DNA of 64,000 nt from Peptococcaceae bacterium UBA4068 (GTDB taxonomy: Bacteria > Bacillota > Dehalobacteriia > UBA4068), in assembly GCA_002382665.1 (NCBI GenBank), contig DFZA01000009.1:403602-467601 (forward strand), read 5' to 3'. Below the pieces are notes generated by a model, which did not search any database, had not been told where the DNA came from, and saw only the letters and a list, made by a program, of their open reading frames with translations. Positions 1-8,639 of the stretch are shown piece by piece. Made by a program: the position numbers and the translations under genes. Position 1 is the stretch's first letter. Every line of letters begins with the position of its first letter.

Positions 1-372
1 AGTCGCCTGACGCACAGCTCTTTCTTCTACATCGGTGACGCCGCTGGGTATACAGATCATTACCCGCGGGCGGAACAGCCAATTATTGCCACAGGCTTTG
101 GTGATAAAATGGCGCAGCATCTTTTCGGTGATATCATAATCGGCAATTACACCTTCACGCAGGGGACGTACGGCAATAATATTGTCGGGAGTTCTGCCCA
201 GCATGCTGCGCGCCTCCTCGCCAATAGCTATCACGCGGCCTTCCCTTTTATCAAGCGCTACCACAGACGGCTCATTGAGAATAATACCCTTGCCTTTAAC
301 ATATATAAGAATACTGGCGGTACCCAAATCGATACCAATATCCGTGCCAAAATTAAACATGCCCATTGCCAT
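1..372 (-). CDS. mbl: Rod-shape determining actin-like protein MreB/Mbl, N-terminal part (gene continues beyond window start)
   Basis: Reverse-complement translation from ATG at 372 gives MAMGMFNFGTDIGIDLGTASILIYVKGKGIILNEPSVVALD..., the classical MreB N-terminus. GGAGGT RBS 10 nt upstream. Lies directly downstream of spoIIID, as mbl does in Bacillus. Absent from the ORF track because it has no stop in the window. Confidence 0.8.
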   Translation of the reverse strand, partial: MAMGMFNFGTDIGIDLGTASILIYVKGKGIILNEPSVVALDKREGRVIAIGEEARSMLGRTPDNIIAVRPLREGVIADYDITEKMLRHFITKACGNNWLFRPRVMICIPSGVTDVEERAVRQAT

Positions 373-471
373 TGCTATTGTGACCTCCCCGGCAACAAAA
401 TACCCAACATTATAGCTAATTTCGTATCAAATGTACTTCTTCACCAAAAAATAAAATCCTTTAAATAAAAA

Positions 472-520
472 AAGCCGTTATCTATTATTTTGGTAAAGAA
501 ACGGCTTTTTATTATAAGAT
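472..520 (-). terminator. Hairpin plus T-run downstream of spoIIID (imperfect, large loop)
   Basis: On the minus sense, aaaagccgtt...aacggctttttt follows the spoIIID stop. Confidence 0.35.
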
Positions 521-545
521 TGCGATTTTTATTTTCAAAATATGA

Positions 546-812
546 TTACTCTATAATTTCTTCTCGTTTTTTCAGGTATTTTTGTTTTGTTGCCTCACCG
601 CCACGCAGATGGCGCTCAGCCTTATTACTATCAAGAATATCGCGTACTCTTAAGGCAATTAATTCATTAATCAGCGGCAATCTTTCAGTAACGTCTTTAT
701 GCACTGTGGACTTGCTGACCCCGAAAACGCCGGCGGTCTGGCGCACAGTGGCTTGGCTTTCAATTATGTAATTACTGATCTCCAATACCCGCTTTTGAAT
801 GTAATCCTGCAT
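546..812 (-). CDS. spoIIID: Stage III sporulation protein D (SpoIIID), HTH regulator
   Basis: 88 aa, MQDYIQKRVLEISNYIIESQATVRQTAGVFGVSKSTVHKDVTERLP matches SpoIIID almost residue for residue. GGGGGAGG RBS 7 nt upstream of the ATG. Confidence 0.9.
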   Translation of the reverse strand: MQDYIQKRVLEISNYIIESQATVRQTAGVFGVSKSTVHKDVTERLPLINELIALRVRDILDSNKAERHLRGGEATKQKYLKKREEIIE

Positions 813-1031
813 AACATAGCCTCCCCCGACAAGCTTTTGTAAATTATATGGAGAGGCCGGCCTAAAAAGAACTATTTTTTTTGGATTCGCTGGCAGAACG
901 AATCAGAAAGATACCTAATCTTTATATAATAGAAAAAGATATGTCAATGTCAATAACAGTAATTTAAGTGAAATAACAATATTTAATATTTATCAACCAT
1001 CGCAATTCTTCTTGACAGATTTAGGTAAAAG

Positions 1032-1060
1032 TTATAAAATATTATATGTGGTTAAAGCAT
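1032..1060 (+). promoter_or_regulatory. Sigma-A type promoter upstream of purA (TTGACA-17-TAAAAT)
   Basis: cttgacagatttaggtaaaagttataaaat, about 115 nt upstream of the purA ATG. Confidence 0.4.
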
Positions 1061-1177
1061 TTACTGATGCTGCGCCAAGTGTTTGAGGGTGGGATTTTTT
1101 TTAGCATACTCAAGCATTAGCATGCGATTGGTAGATGTTTTTTATTTTTTTATGAGATCCAAAAAGGGGGGCATTTA

Positions 1178-2449
1178 ATGCTAACCGCTATCGTAGGTAT
1201 CAATTGGGGCGATGAAGGTAAAGGCAGAATGGTTGATTTACTCTCTGCCGATTATCAGGTAATCATCCGCTATCAGGGAGGAAACAACGCCGGTCATACG
1301 GTGGTCAACGATAAAGGCAAGTTTATTTTAAATTTGCTGCCGTCGGGTATACTGCGTGACGATACCGTTAACGTTATGGGCAACGGCATGGTCGTTGACA
1401 TTGAACATCTGTCACAGGAGATCAAAACTCTGCAGGACAAAGACATCAAAATAACCCCCGCTAATCTGAAAATCAGCGATAAGGCGGTAATCTGTCTGCC
1501 CTATCATAAACAATTGGATGTTCTGGAAGAAGACCGGCTCAAGGACGCCAAATTCGGCTCCACCCGCCGCGGTATCGGACCTGTTTACGGAGATAAATAT
1601 CTCAAAAAAGCCATCCGCATGAATGACTTAAGAGACCGTCAAGCCTTGAGAAAAAAAGTTGAATCATTATCGGAATGGAAAGATTTATTGATTACCAGCT
1701 ATGGCGCAGCGCCTATCGATAGAGAAAAATTCTATCAATGGCTCTGCCAATATGGCGATATAATTCTACCCTATGTCTGTGATACCACAGCCTATTTGCA
1801 GCAAACCATTAACAACGGCAAAAATCTGCTGTTTGAAGCGCAGCTTGGCGCTTTGCGTGATATTGACTTCGGTATTTATCCGTTTACAACCTCGTCATCG
1901 ACGATTGCCGCTTATGCGCCCATCGGCAGCGGTATTCCCTTTAAAAAGATTGAGCATACCATCGGTATCATCAAAGCTTACTCCAGTTGCGTCGGCGAAG
2001 GCCCGTTCACCGCTGAGCTTTTCGGCGAACAGGGCGAATTATTACGCCAGGCCGGCGACGAGTACGGCGCCGCAACCGGCAGACCACGTCGGGTCGGCGG
2101 CATCGATCTGGTAGCCTCGCGCTACGGCTGCCTGATGCAGGGCGCAGACGAATTAGCTATGACCAAACTGGATGTTTTATCCTGCTTCGATCAAATACCG
2201 GTTTGCACCGCTTATGAGCTTAACGGGGAAATCATCAAAGACTTCTTTACCGACGAGCGCCTCAACAGGGCTAAACCCATATATCAATATATACCGGGTT
2301 TCAAACAGGATATCTCCCATTGCCGCAAGCCGGAAGATCTGCCCAAGGCTGCGCGCGAATATATCGAATTTATCGAAGAAAACGTACAAACACCGATCAA
2401 ATATGTATCGGTCGGAGCCAACCGCGATGACTATCTGGTAATGAAATAA
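1178..2449 (+). CDS. purA: Adenylosuccinate synthetase
   Basis: 423 aa with GINWGDEGKGRMVD P-loop, GNNAGHTV and GIGPVYGDK motifs. Confidence 0.93.
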   Translation: MLTAIVGINWGDEGKGRMVDLLSADYQVIIRYQGGNNAGHTVVNDKGKFILNLLPSGILRDDTVNVMGNGMVVDIEHLSQEIKTLQDKDIKITPANLKISDKAVICLPYHKQLDVLEEDRLKDAKFGSTRRGIGPVYGDKYLKKAIRMNDLRDRQALRKKVESLSEWKDLLITSYGAAPIDREKFYQWLCQYGDIILPYVCDTTAYLQQTINNGKNLLFEAQLGALRDIDFGIYPFTTSSSTIAAYAPIGSGIPFKKIEHTIGIIKAYSSCVGEGPFTAELFGEQGELLRQAGDEYGAATGRPRRVGGIDLVASRYGCLMQGADELAMTKLDVLSCFDQIPVCTAYELNGEIIKDFFTDERLNRAKPIYQYIPGFKQDISHCRKPEDLPKAAREYIEFIEENVQTPIKYVSVGANRDDYLVMK

Positions 2450-2460
2450 GAAGATATAAT

Positions 2461-2490
2461 AAACGTCTGCGACTTAAGTCGCAGACGTTT
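2461..2490. terminator. Perfect palindromic hairpin between convergent purA and rmuC (bidirectional terminator)
   Basis: aaacgtctgcgacttaagtcgcagacgttt followed by a T-rich run. Confidence 0.6.
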
Positions 2491-2496
2491 TTAATT

Positions 2497-3768
2497 TCAG
2501 CTAATATTTAATTCATCTTCTTCAATTTCGGCCAAATCACCGCCCAGCAGTTCCACGCTGATATTTTCTTCAAGCTTTTCGACATTGCGCAGTTTACGGT
2601 TAATCGCTCTGGTACGAATACCAACCAGTTTGTCCAGATTCTGATTGGCTTGCTCCAAACGCTGTTGTGTTGCTTTTAATATCTCGTCAAATTTCTCAAA
2701 TTCTCCCTTAACCGCACCCAGTAACTGCCAGACCTCGGTGCTGCGTTTTTGAATAGCCAGCGTTTTAAATCCCATTTGCAAACTGTTAAGCAAGGCCGCC
2801 ATGGTACTGGGACCGGCAATGTTTACCCGGTATTTGCGCTGCAGCTCCTCAACCATGCCTCTGTTGATTACCTCGGCGTAAAGCCCTTCAAAGGGCAGGA
2901 ACATTACCGCAAAATCGGTGGTGTAAGGCGGGCCGATATATTTATCATGGATATCCTTGGCTTCGCTGCGAATAACTGTCAGCAAGCGGGCAACGGCTTC
3001 ATTGACTGCCTCTTGGGAGCCGCTCTCATAAGCATCCTGCAGCGCACTGTATGAATCACCGGGGAATTTGGCGTCGATCGGCAAATAAATATGCCCGCTA
3101 TCCTCCGCGGGCAGCCGGATGGCAAATTCAACCCTATTGGCGCTACCTGGGATCACTGCAACGTTAACATCATACTGCTCCGGCGTTAATATTTCTTCCA
3201 AAATAGCTTTAAGCTGCATCTCTCCTAAAATACCGCGGGTTTTAACATTCTTCAGCACTTTTTTCAGATCACCGACGCCGATAGCCAATGTCTGCATTTC
3301 GCCAAGCCCTTTATAAACCTGCTCCAATCGTTCGTTAACCAACTGAAACGATTGAGTCATCTTTTCTTCCAGGGTTTTTTGCAGTTTTTCATCAACTGTA
3401 GCCCGCATATCCTCCAGACGGCGATTGCTGTCTTCGCGGATATTGGCCAAATTAGTCTCCATGGTAGCACGGATATTATCGAGCTTTTGCTCATTGGTCA
3501 CTTCAAAAGTTTTAAAACGGTTTTCCAAATTAAGAAAATTATCCCGTTGAGTTCCGCTGATGATCTCACTGATATTGCGCATTGAGCTTTGCAGGTTATC
3601 GGTAACATCACTATGCAGACGCTCTTCGATACGCTGCAAATCCTTTTGTAGCTGCTCTATTTGCTGAGAACCGGTTTTTTCTTGGTTGCGGCGATTAATC
3701 AGAATAATAATTAACGTTATCAAACAAATGATAACCATTATTTGCAATAACAAAGAAATCAGATCCAT
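2497..3768 (-). CDS. rmuC: DNA recombination protein RmuC
   Basis: 423 aa with an N-terminal TM helix, a long coiled-coil region and a C-terminal RmuC nuclease-like domain. Confidence 0.7.
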   Translation of the reverse strand: MDLISLLLQIMVIICLITLIIILINRRNQEKTGSQQIEQLQKDLQRIEERLHSDVTDNLQSSMRNISEIISGTQRDNFLNLENRFKTFEVTNEQKLDNIRATMETNLANIREDSNRRLEDMRATVDEKLQKTLEEKMTQSFQLVNERLEQVYKGLGEMQTLAIGVGDLKKVLKNVKTRGILGEMQLKAILEEILTPEQYDVNVAVIPGSANRVEFAIRLPAEDSGHIYLPIDAKFPGDSYSALQDAYESGSQEAVNEAVARLLTVIRSEAKDIHDKYIGPPYTTDFAVMFLPFEGLYAEVINRGMVEELQRKYRVNIAGPSTMAALLNSLQMGFKTLAIQKRSTEVWQLLGAVKGEFEKFDEILKATQQRLEQANQNLDKLVGIRTRAINRKLRNVEKLEENISVELLGGDLAEIEEDELNIS

Positions 3769-3898
3769 GGCAATATCTCCCTTTCATCATCATTATTATT
3801 GTAATAATAGCACAACGACTAAACTATAGCAAATACTCGTTGTTTAATAAATAATTCTGCTATTTGGCTGGAATACTAAAACAAAAGGGGGATTTATT

Positions 3899-4111
3899 AT
3901 GAAACTCAGTGCAAGAAACCAGTTACCGGGTAAAATTACCCATATCGAAAACGGCGCCGTCAACAGTATGGTTACCATTGACATCGGCGGCGGTAAGCAA
4001 ATCACAGCTACCATATCATTAAAATCGGTTGAGGATTTGGGCCTTGCAGTCGGCAAAGATGCTATCGCGGTGATTAAAGCCACCTCGGTAATGGTAGGCA
4101 TCAACGATTAA
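3899..4111 (+). CDS. mop: TOBE-domain molybdopterin/molybdate-binding protein (Mop)
   Basis: 70 aa, MKLSARNQLPGKITHIENGAVNSMVTIDIGGGKQITATISL...AVIKATSVMVG is a typical single TOBE domain. Confidence 0.75.
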   Translation: MKLSARNQLPGKITHIENGAVNSMVTIDIGGGKQITATISLKSVEDLGLAVGKDAIAVIKATSVMVGIND

Positions 4112-4131
4112 TAGCCATTAATTGACTAAAA

Positions 4132-4543
4132 GGGAAACACATTAATGTGTTTCCCTGAGACTGTGAAAAGGGTGGTCAGCGGGCTGAGAAACAAGCGAGA
4201 CCAGGCGGCCCAGCTGGCTTTTGCCTAGCAGCAAAACCAACAGCTGAGGCACATAGGTAAAACTCAAGATAAAATATCTTGGTTTTACCTCGGCGGTCGG
4301 AACCGGCGACGCCCTAAGGGGTCCCCGCGAAGCTAAGCCAAGCGAAGCAGCTTCGTGGGGTATCGGGCGCAGGCGACCTAGCTGATTTTTACCTTGCGGT
4401 AAAACCACAGCTATGCACTTGCTGCGCTGCTGCGCAGCTTCGCGTCGTATAAAAGATACGTCGAGAAGACGGTGATGACCTGGGCGACGTATCGCGAAGC
4501 TTATCGACACTCTGAGGGAAACACATTAATGTGTTTCCTTTTT
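4132..4543. repeat. Structured intergenic element, copy 1 (about 380 bp) bracketed by identical palindromic hairpins gggaaacacattaatgtgtttccc
   Basis: Hairpins at 4132-4155 and 4516-4538, the latter followed by TTTTT. The interior shares long conserved blocks with 16926-17134 and contains at least three extra hairpin modules. The antisense Arg-rich ORF 4142..4510 is judged spurious. Confidence 0.6.
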
Positions 4544-4556
4544 AATTTGCAAATTA

Positions 4557-4585
4557 TTGACGCCGCTATTATAATTAGATTATAC
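4557..4585 (+). promoter_or_regulatory. Putative sigma-A promoter for the SEDS gene (TTGACG-17-TTATAC)
   Basis: ttgacgccgctattataattagattatac, about 75 nt upstream of the ATG. AAGGAG RBS at the gene. Confidence 0.3.
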
Positions 4586-4660
4586 AATTAATAAGAGACA
4601 AGCTATTGCCTTTAGCGGTTATTGAAGCTATAATATCCGTATTAAATCAAGGAGTATAAA

Positions 4661-5833
4661 ATGTTCGAACAACTTCGACAACAATTACGGCGGGCCGACT
4701 GGATATATGTCCTGCTGATATTTATATTACTGATAGTTAACTTAGTTGTCCTTTACAGTGCCTCGAGCAATATAATCAGTGATAACCCCTATTTCTATCT
4801 AAAAAAACAACTCACCTGGATTGCCCTCGGCGGTATAGTTTTTTTTGTTGCTGCAATTTTTGATTATCATCGTTTGAGTAAATTTGTGCGTCCGTTATAT
4901 GGATTGATATTTATTTCCCTGGCCGGTGTTCTGCTGATGCCGGAACAAAAAGGAGCTCACCGCTGGTATGATTTGGGCTTCATGGACTTTCAGCCCTCGG
5001 AACTGGCCAAAATAATTTTGATCATCACATTTGCTTACTTGCTATCTAATTGGCGGGAAGAAGTTAATCAACCGAAAAATTTATTAAAATCGTTTTTATT
5101 AATGGGTATTCCCATCGGCCTGATATTGATCGAACCGGATTTGGGCACTGCGATCATCTGTTCGTTTTTCTTTTTTGTGTTGCTCTATGTCGGCGGAGTC
5201 AAACATAAAACCATAATGATATTATTACTGATTATAGTAATCTGCGTCTGCGGTCTGTTTGGTTTTCTTTATCATGTAACAGACGGCTTCCAAAATAAAA
5301 TCGAAGAAAGCGATATACCTTCCTGGATGCCGATGCAAAGTTATCAATTGACGCGTTTGATTATCTTTATCAATCCCTATATGGATCCTCTTGATTCCGG
5401 ATATCATATGATACAATCACAGGTGGCTATCGGTTCCGGCGGCTTGTTAGGCAAGGGGCTTGGCAAAGGCACTCAGGTGCAAGGCGATTTTCTACCGGAA
5501 CACCATACCGACTTTATCTTCTCGGTAGTCGGTGAAGAAACAGGTTTCGTTGGGGTAGTCTGTATATTGGCTTTATATCTGGCGTTAATACTGCGCTGTC
5601 TCAAAATTGCCTCCGCAGCCAAAGAAAAATTTGGCTCTCTGATCTGTATCGGTATTACTTCCGTTTTATTCTTTCAGGTATTTATCAACGTCGGTATGAC
5701 AATCGGGCTAATGCCGATAACCGGCATTCCCATGCCAATGTTAAGCTATGGCGGCAGCAGTATGTTATTTAATTTACTTTCCTTAGGAATAGTTCTATCT
5801 GTAGATATACATAGTGAAAAAGGTATTTTTTAA
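4661..5833 (+). CDS. SEDS family peptidoglycan glycosyltransferase (RodA/FtsW/SpoVE family)
   Basis: 390 aa with about 10 TM segments and the conserved SEDS motifs (HTDFIFS, PITGIPMP, SYGGSS). Proximity to mbl suggests RodA. Confidence 0.8.
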   Translation: MFEQLRQQLRRADWIYVLLIFILLIVNLVVLYSASSNIISDNPYFYLKKQLTWIALGGIVFFVAAIFDYHRLSKFVRPLYGLIFISLAGVLLMPEQKGAHRWYDLGFMDFQPSELAKIILIITFAYLLSNWREEVNQPKNLLKSFLLMGIPIGLILIEPDLGTAIICSFFFFVLLYVGGVKHKTIMILLLIIVICVCGLFGFLYHVTDGFQNKIEESDIPSWMPMQSYQLTRLIIFINPYMDPLDSGYHMIQSQVAIGSGGLLGKGLGKGTQVQGDFLPEHHTDFIFSVVGEETGFVGVVCILALYLALILRCLKIASAAKEKFGSLICIGITSVLFFQVFINVGMTIGLMPITGIPMPMLSYGGSSMLFNLLSLGIVLSVDIHSEKGIF

Positions 5834-5846
5834 GAGGTGTAATAGT

Positions 5847-6713
5847 ATGGATTTTTTGCAAACTCTTGCGAGCGGCAAAACGCTGCTATTTGATGGCGCG
5901 ATGGGCAGTCTGCTCACGCAAAAGGGCGTCGACACCGGGACGAATAATAATATTACCGCGCCCGAAAAGGTCGCGGAAGTCCATCGCGAATACATTGAGG
6001 CCGGCAGCGATTGTATTATCACCAATACGCTGACGCTGAACAGTATCTATGCGTCCAAACGCGGCCTCAGCGACAATGATTGCGCTGAAGCTAACCGCGC
6101 CGCTGCGCGTGTCGCATTAGCAGCGGCAGCCGGTAAAGCCTTCGTCTTCGGTGATTTGGGTTCTACCGGCGAAATGCTCAAGCCTTACGGCACAGGCGAT
6201 AAGGAACAATTTTATCATGCGTATTGCCATCAAGCCGCCGCGCTGGCCGAAAATAAAATAGACGGCTTGATAATTGAAACCGTCTTTGATCTTGAAGAAG
6301 CGAAGATCATGCTGCAAGCCTGCCGGGATACCAGCAACTTGCCGGTGATCTTGTCTATGACCTTTGCCACAGCCGCCAAAGGCGGCAGAACGATTATGGG
6401 TAACAGAGCAGCAGAAATTGCTCAGGCCGCGGCGGCAGGCGGCGCGGTAGCTGTCGGCGCCAATTGCGGCGACCTGACGCCGGAAGAATTCGTGCCGGTT
6501 ATTAAAGAAATGCTGCCGGCCGGATTACCGATCATTATCCAACCCAATGCCGGAAAACCACGTTTAGAGAACGGTATTACCTGCTATGACTTGACAACCG
6601 AAGAATTCGCCCAAGGATTGCTGGAGTGCCATAAAGCCGGAACGCAGCTACTGGGCGGCTGCTGCGGGACTACGCCGCGGCATATTGCCGCAATCAAGAA
6701 ATTATTGGTTTAA
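5847..6713 (+). CDS. Homocysteine S-methyltransferase domain protein (MetH N-terminal-like / MmuM-like)
   Basis: MDFLQTLASGKTLLFDGAMGSLL ... GANCGDL ... LGGCCGTTPRHIAAI. Start refined to the ATG at 5847 (GAGGTG RBS 7 nt upstream); the ORF-track start at 5814 lacks an RBS. Confidence 0.75.
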   Translation: MDFLQTLASGKTLLFDGAMGSLLTQKGVDTGTNNNITAPEKVAEVHREYIEAGSDCIITNTLTLNSIYASKRGLSDNDCAEANRAAARVALAAAAGKAFVFGDLGSTGEMLKPYGTGDKEQFYHAYCHQAAALAENKIDGLIIETVFDLEEAKIMLQACRDTSNLPVILSMTFATAAKGGRTIMGNRAAEIAQAAAAGGAVAVGANCGDLTPEEFVPVIKEMLPAGLPIIIQPNAGKPRLENGITCYDLTTEEFAQGLLECHKAGTQLLGGCCGTTPRHIAAIKKLLV

Positions 6714-7462
6714 AGCTGTTCCATTATCTCATCGCTGATATCGTAATTGGCGTATACATCCTGCACGTCGTCATTATCTTCCAAAGCGTCTATCAGCTTC
6801 ATCAGCTTGGCGGCCGTTTCAACATCTGTTATTTCCACAGTATTGCTCGGCTGCATAATAATTTCGGCACTGGTAACATTATAGCTATTTTCCATTAAAA
6901 TACTGCGCAGGTTTTCCAATTGATCAGGGGCGGATATTATTTCCGCCTCTTCGTTTTCTTCGTTAGTTTGCAGATCATCAGCGCCGTTATCAAGCGCCAG
7001 CATCATCAGTTCGTCTTCGTCCTTACCACTTATATCTAACATGATCTGGCCTTTGCGTTCAAACATCCAGCCGACGCAACCGGTTTCACCGAGGTTACCG
7101 TTATTGCGGGAAAAGATATAGCGGATTTCGCTGGCGGTACGGTTTCTGTTGTCGGTCATCATCGCGCAAAGCACCGCTACGCCGCCCGCGCCGTAACCTT
7201 CGTAGTAAAATTCCTCATAGGCATTACTATCACCCATGCCGGCCGCCTTCTGGATACAGCGGTTGATATTATCGGCAGGCATATTATTGGCCTTGGCTTT
7301 CTGAATACAAAGCTTGAGCCGAAAATTACCGTCGGGATCGGGCCCGCCTTGCTTGACAGCTACGGCAATTTCTTTGGCTATTTTAGTAAACACCTTGCCT
7401 CTTTCATCGTCTACTTTTGATTTCTTTCTTTTGATATTCGCCCATTTGGAATGTCCGGACAT
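6710..7462 (-). CDS. yebC: YebC/PmpR family DNA-binding transcriptional regulator
   Basis: 250 aa, MSGHSKWANIKRKKSKVDDERGKVFTKIAKEI is the canonical YebC N-terminus. Confidence 0.9.
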   Translation of the reverse strand: MSGHSKWANIKRKKSKVDDERGKVFTKIAKEIAVAVKQGGPDPDGNFRLKLCIQKAKANNMPADNINRCIQKAAGMGDSNAYEEFYYEGYGAGGVAVLCAMMTDNRNRTASEIRYIFSRNNGNLGETGCVGWMFERKGQIMLDISGKDEDELMMLALDNGADDLQTNEENEEAEIISAPDQLENLRSILMENSYNVTSAEIIMQPSNTVEITDVETAAKLMKLIDALEDNDDVQDVYANYDISDEIMEQL

Positions 7463-7483
7463 ATTACAACCCCCTTGAAGAGT

Positions 7484-8218
7484 TTAATTAATCGATTCTA
7501 ATTCTATTTCGCCCCAGGCAGCCATTTTTTTACCGCAGATAATCAAAGCGCCGCATACGCCCTCAATACCCGCTGCCAGATCGGCGGCTTTTTTTACGTC
7601 CCTGTCACTTTGGACTACGTTACCTGCTGCCGTAGCCACGGCATCGGCCAAAAGCGGCGAAGGCGCCAATATTACTGCCGCATCTGCTATGCCATAGCTG
7701 AAGGACGGCCCTACCGTACCGGAAGAAGTGCAAACCCCCAGCGGTAACAAACGCGGCGGTATTTTGATGGCTATTTTATTGGAAAACGGTGATTTGCCGG
7801 CAAATATACCAACCAAACGCGGCTCCCGGCCTGCCAGATAGATATCGCCGCCGTTTTCCACGATCAGCTCATCGCTGAACTGGTGCAGATACTCACCGGC
7901 ATAATAGGCAAACGCGCCGGCCACCGCAGCCATCGGCCCCACGCCGGCAACCGCAGCCGCTTTAGCCATTTCCCGCGCAATCTCGGGAGCATCAGCGGCT
8001 ACCTGATACGGCTGATGAGTTGCGGCAAACTGATTGTCACCGGCAATATAGGTTTGCAGCTTGGTACGCAGCTCTATGATATAGTTTTTCAAGCCGACTT
8101 CGGCCTGCTGATAAACACCTGGTTTAAGGCAGAGCGCCAAATCGGTCTCAGCGATTTTCAAAGTGTGTGTTTCCAAACTTTTGCCGAAACGGCTGCGGTA
8201 AACTCTTTGTTCTTCCAT
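7484..8218 (-). CDS. UPF0280 / COG2122 (ApbE-like) family protein
   Basis: 244 aa, Ala/Gly-rich ApbE-like fold signature. Genetically linked to the DUF39 and NIL-ferredoxin genes, as in the Methanosarcina homocysteine system. Confidence 0.5.
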   Translation of the reverse strand: MEEQRVYRSRFGKSLETHTLKIAETDLALCLKPGVYQQAEVGLKNYIIELRTKLQTYIAGDNQFAATHQPYQVAADAPEIAREMAKAAAVAGVGPMAAVAGAFAYYAGEYLHQFSDELIVENGGDIYLAGREPRLVGIFAGKSPFSNKIAIKIPPRLLPLGVCTSSGTVGPSFSYGIADAAVILAPSPLLADAVATAAGNVVQSDRDVKKAADLAAGIEGVCGALIICGKKMAAWGEIELESIN

Positions 8219-8225
8219 AATTAAT

Positions 8226-8639
8226 TTAAATATCTAACTTAACAGCGCCAACCGGACAGGCCTGGATGCACATATTACAGACAATACATTTACCACCGTC
8301 AAATTCTACGTTCATCTGCGGACGTTTGATCGACAGGGCGCTGCTGGGGCAAACAGCAGTACAAGCACCGCATTGAGTGCACGTTTTTTCATCCCAGGTA
8401 ATACGGTCAACCAACGCTTCTACTTCCAAGCCTTTTTCTTTAAGATAATCGACGCCGCGGCAGTAATCGTCCTCTTCCCCCGATAGAGTCATCACCAGAT
8501 ATCCTTGATTTTGCGGATTGATATCAGCCTTGATAATATTGGGGATCAGTCGAAAATCTTTCACCAACCGGTATACAACCGGCATATCGACTACTTCCGG
8601 TGAAAATTTAACAAATACGCTTTTGGTTATATTAGCCAT
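8226..8639 (-). CDS. NIL-domain / 4Fe-4S ferredoxin protein (partner of the DUF39 homocysteine biosynthesis protein)
   Basis: Two CxxCxxCxxxCP motifs (CTQCGACTAVCP, CIVCNMCIQACP) after an N-terminal NIL-like domain. Start refined to the ATG at 8639 (GAGGGGGAG RBS 6 nt upstream). Overlaps the DUF39 stop by 8 nt. Confidence 0.7.
   Translation of the reverse strand: MANITKSVFVKFSPEVVDMPVVYRLVKDFRLIPNIIKADINPQNQGYLVMTLSGEEDDYCRGVDYLKEKGLEVEALVDRITWDEKTCTQCGACTAVCPSSALSIKRPQMNVEFDGGKCIVCNMCIQACPVGAVKLDI

Noticed and set aside
109-468. 119-aa plus-strand ORF at the window start
   Set aside because: It is antisense to the MreB/Mbl N-terminal coding sequence (clear MreB match on the minus strand) and has His/Cys-rich low-complexity composition. 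Spurious.
1773-2441. Several 70-113 aa ORFs inside purA (both strands)
   Set aside because: Fully contained within the well-supported purA reading frame. Alternative-frame or antisense ORFs.
4142-4510. 122-aa Arg-rich minus-strand ORF inside repeat copy 1 (and the 78-aa plus-strand ORF 16921..17157 inside copy 2)
   Set aside because: The two copies would be translated from opposite strands and in non-equivalent frames. Composition is Arg/Pro/Gly low complexity typical of GC-rich structured DNA. The element is non-coding.
4150-4520. Repeat element as tmRNA, RNase P RNA, SRP RNA, 6S RNA, group II intron domain V, T-box or CRISPR array
   Set aside because: None of the defining signatures is present: no tag-peptide ORF or tRNA-like CCA end, no GGAAAGTCC or AGGAAAG P4 elements, no SRP domain IV motif, no domain V GAGC...GNRA hairpin, and no regularly spaced short direct repeats.
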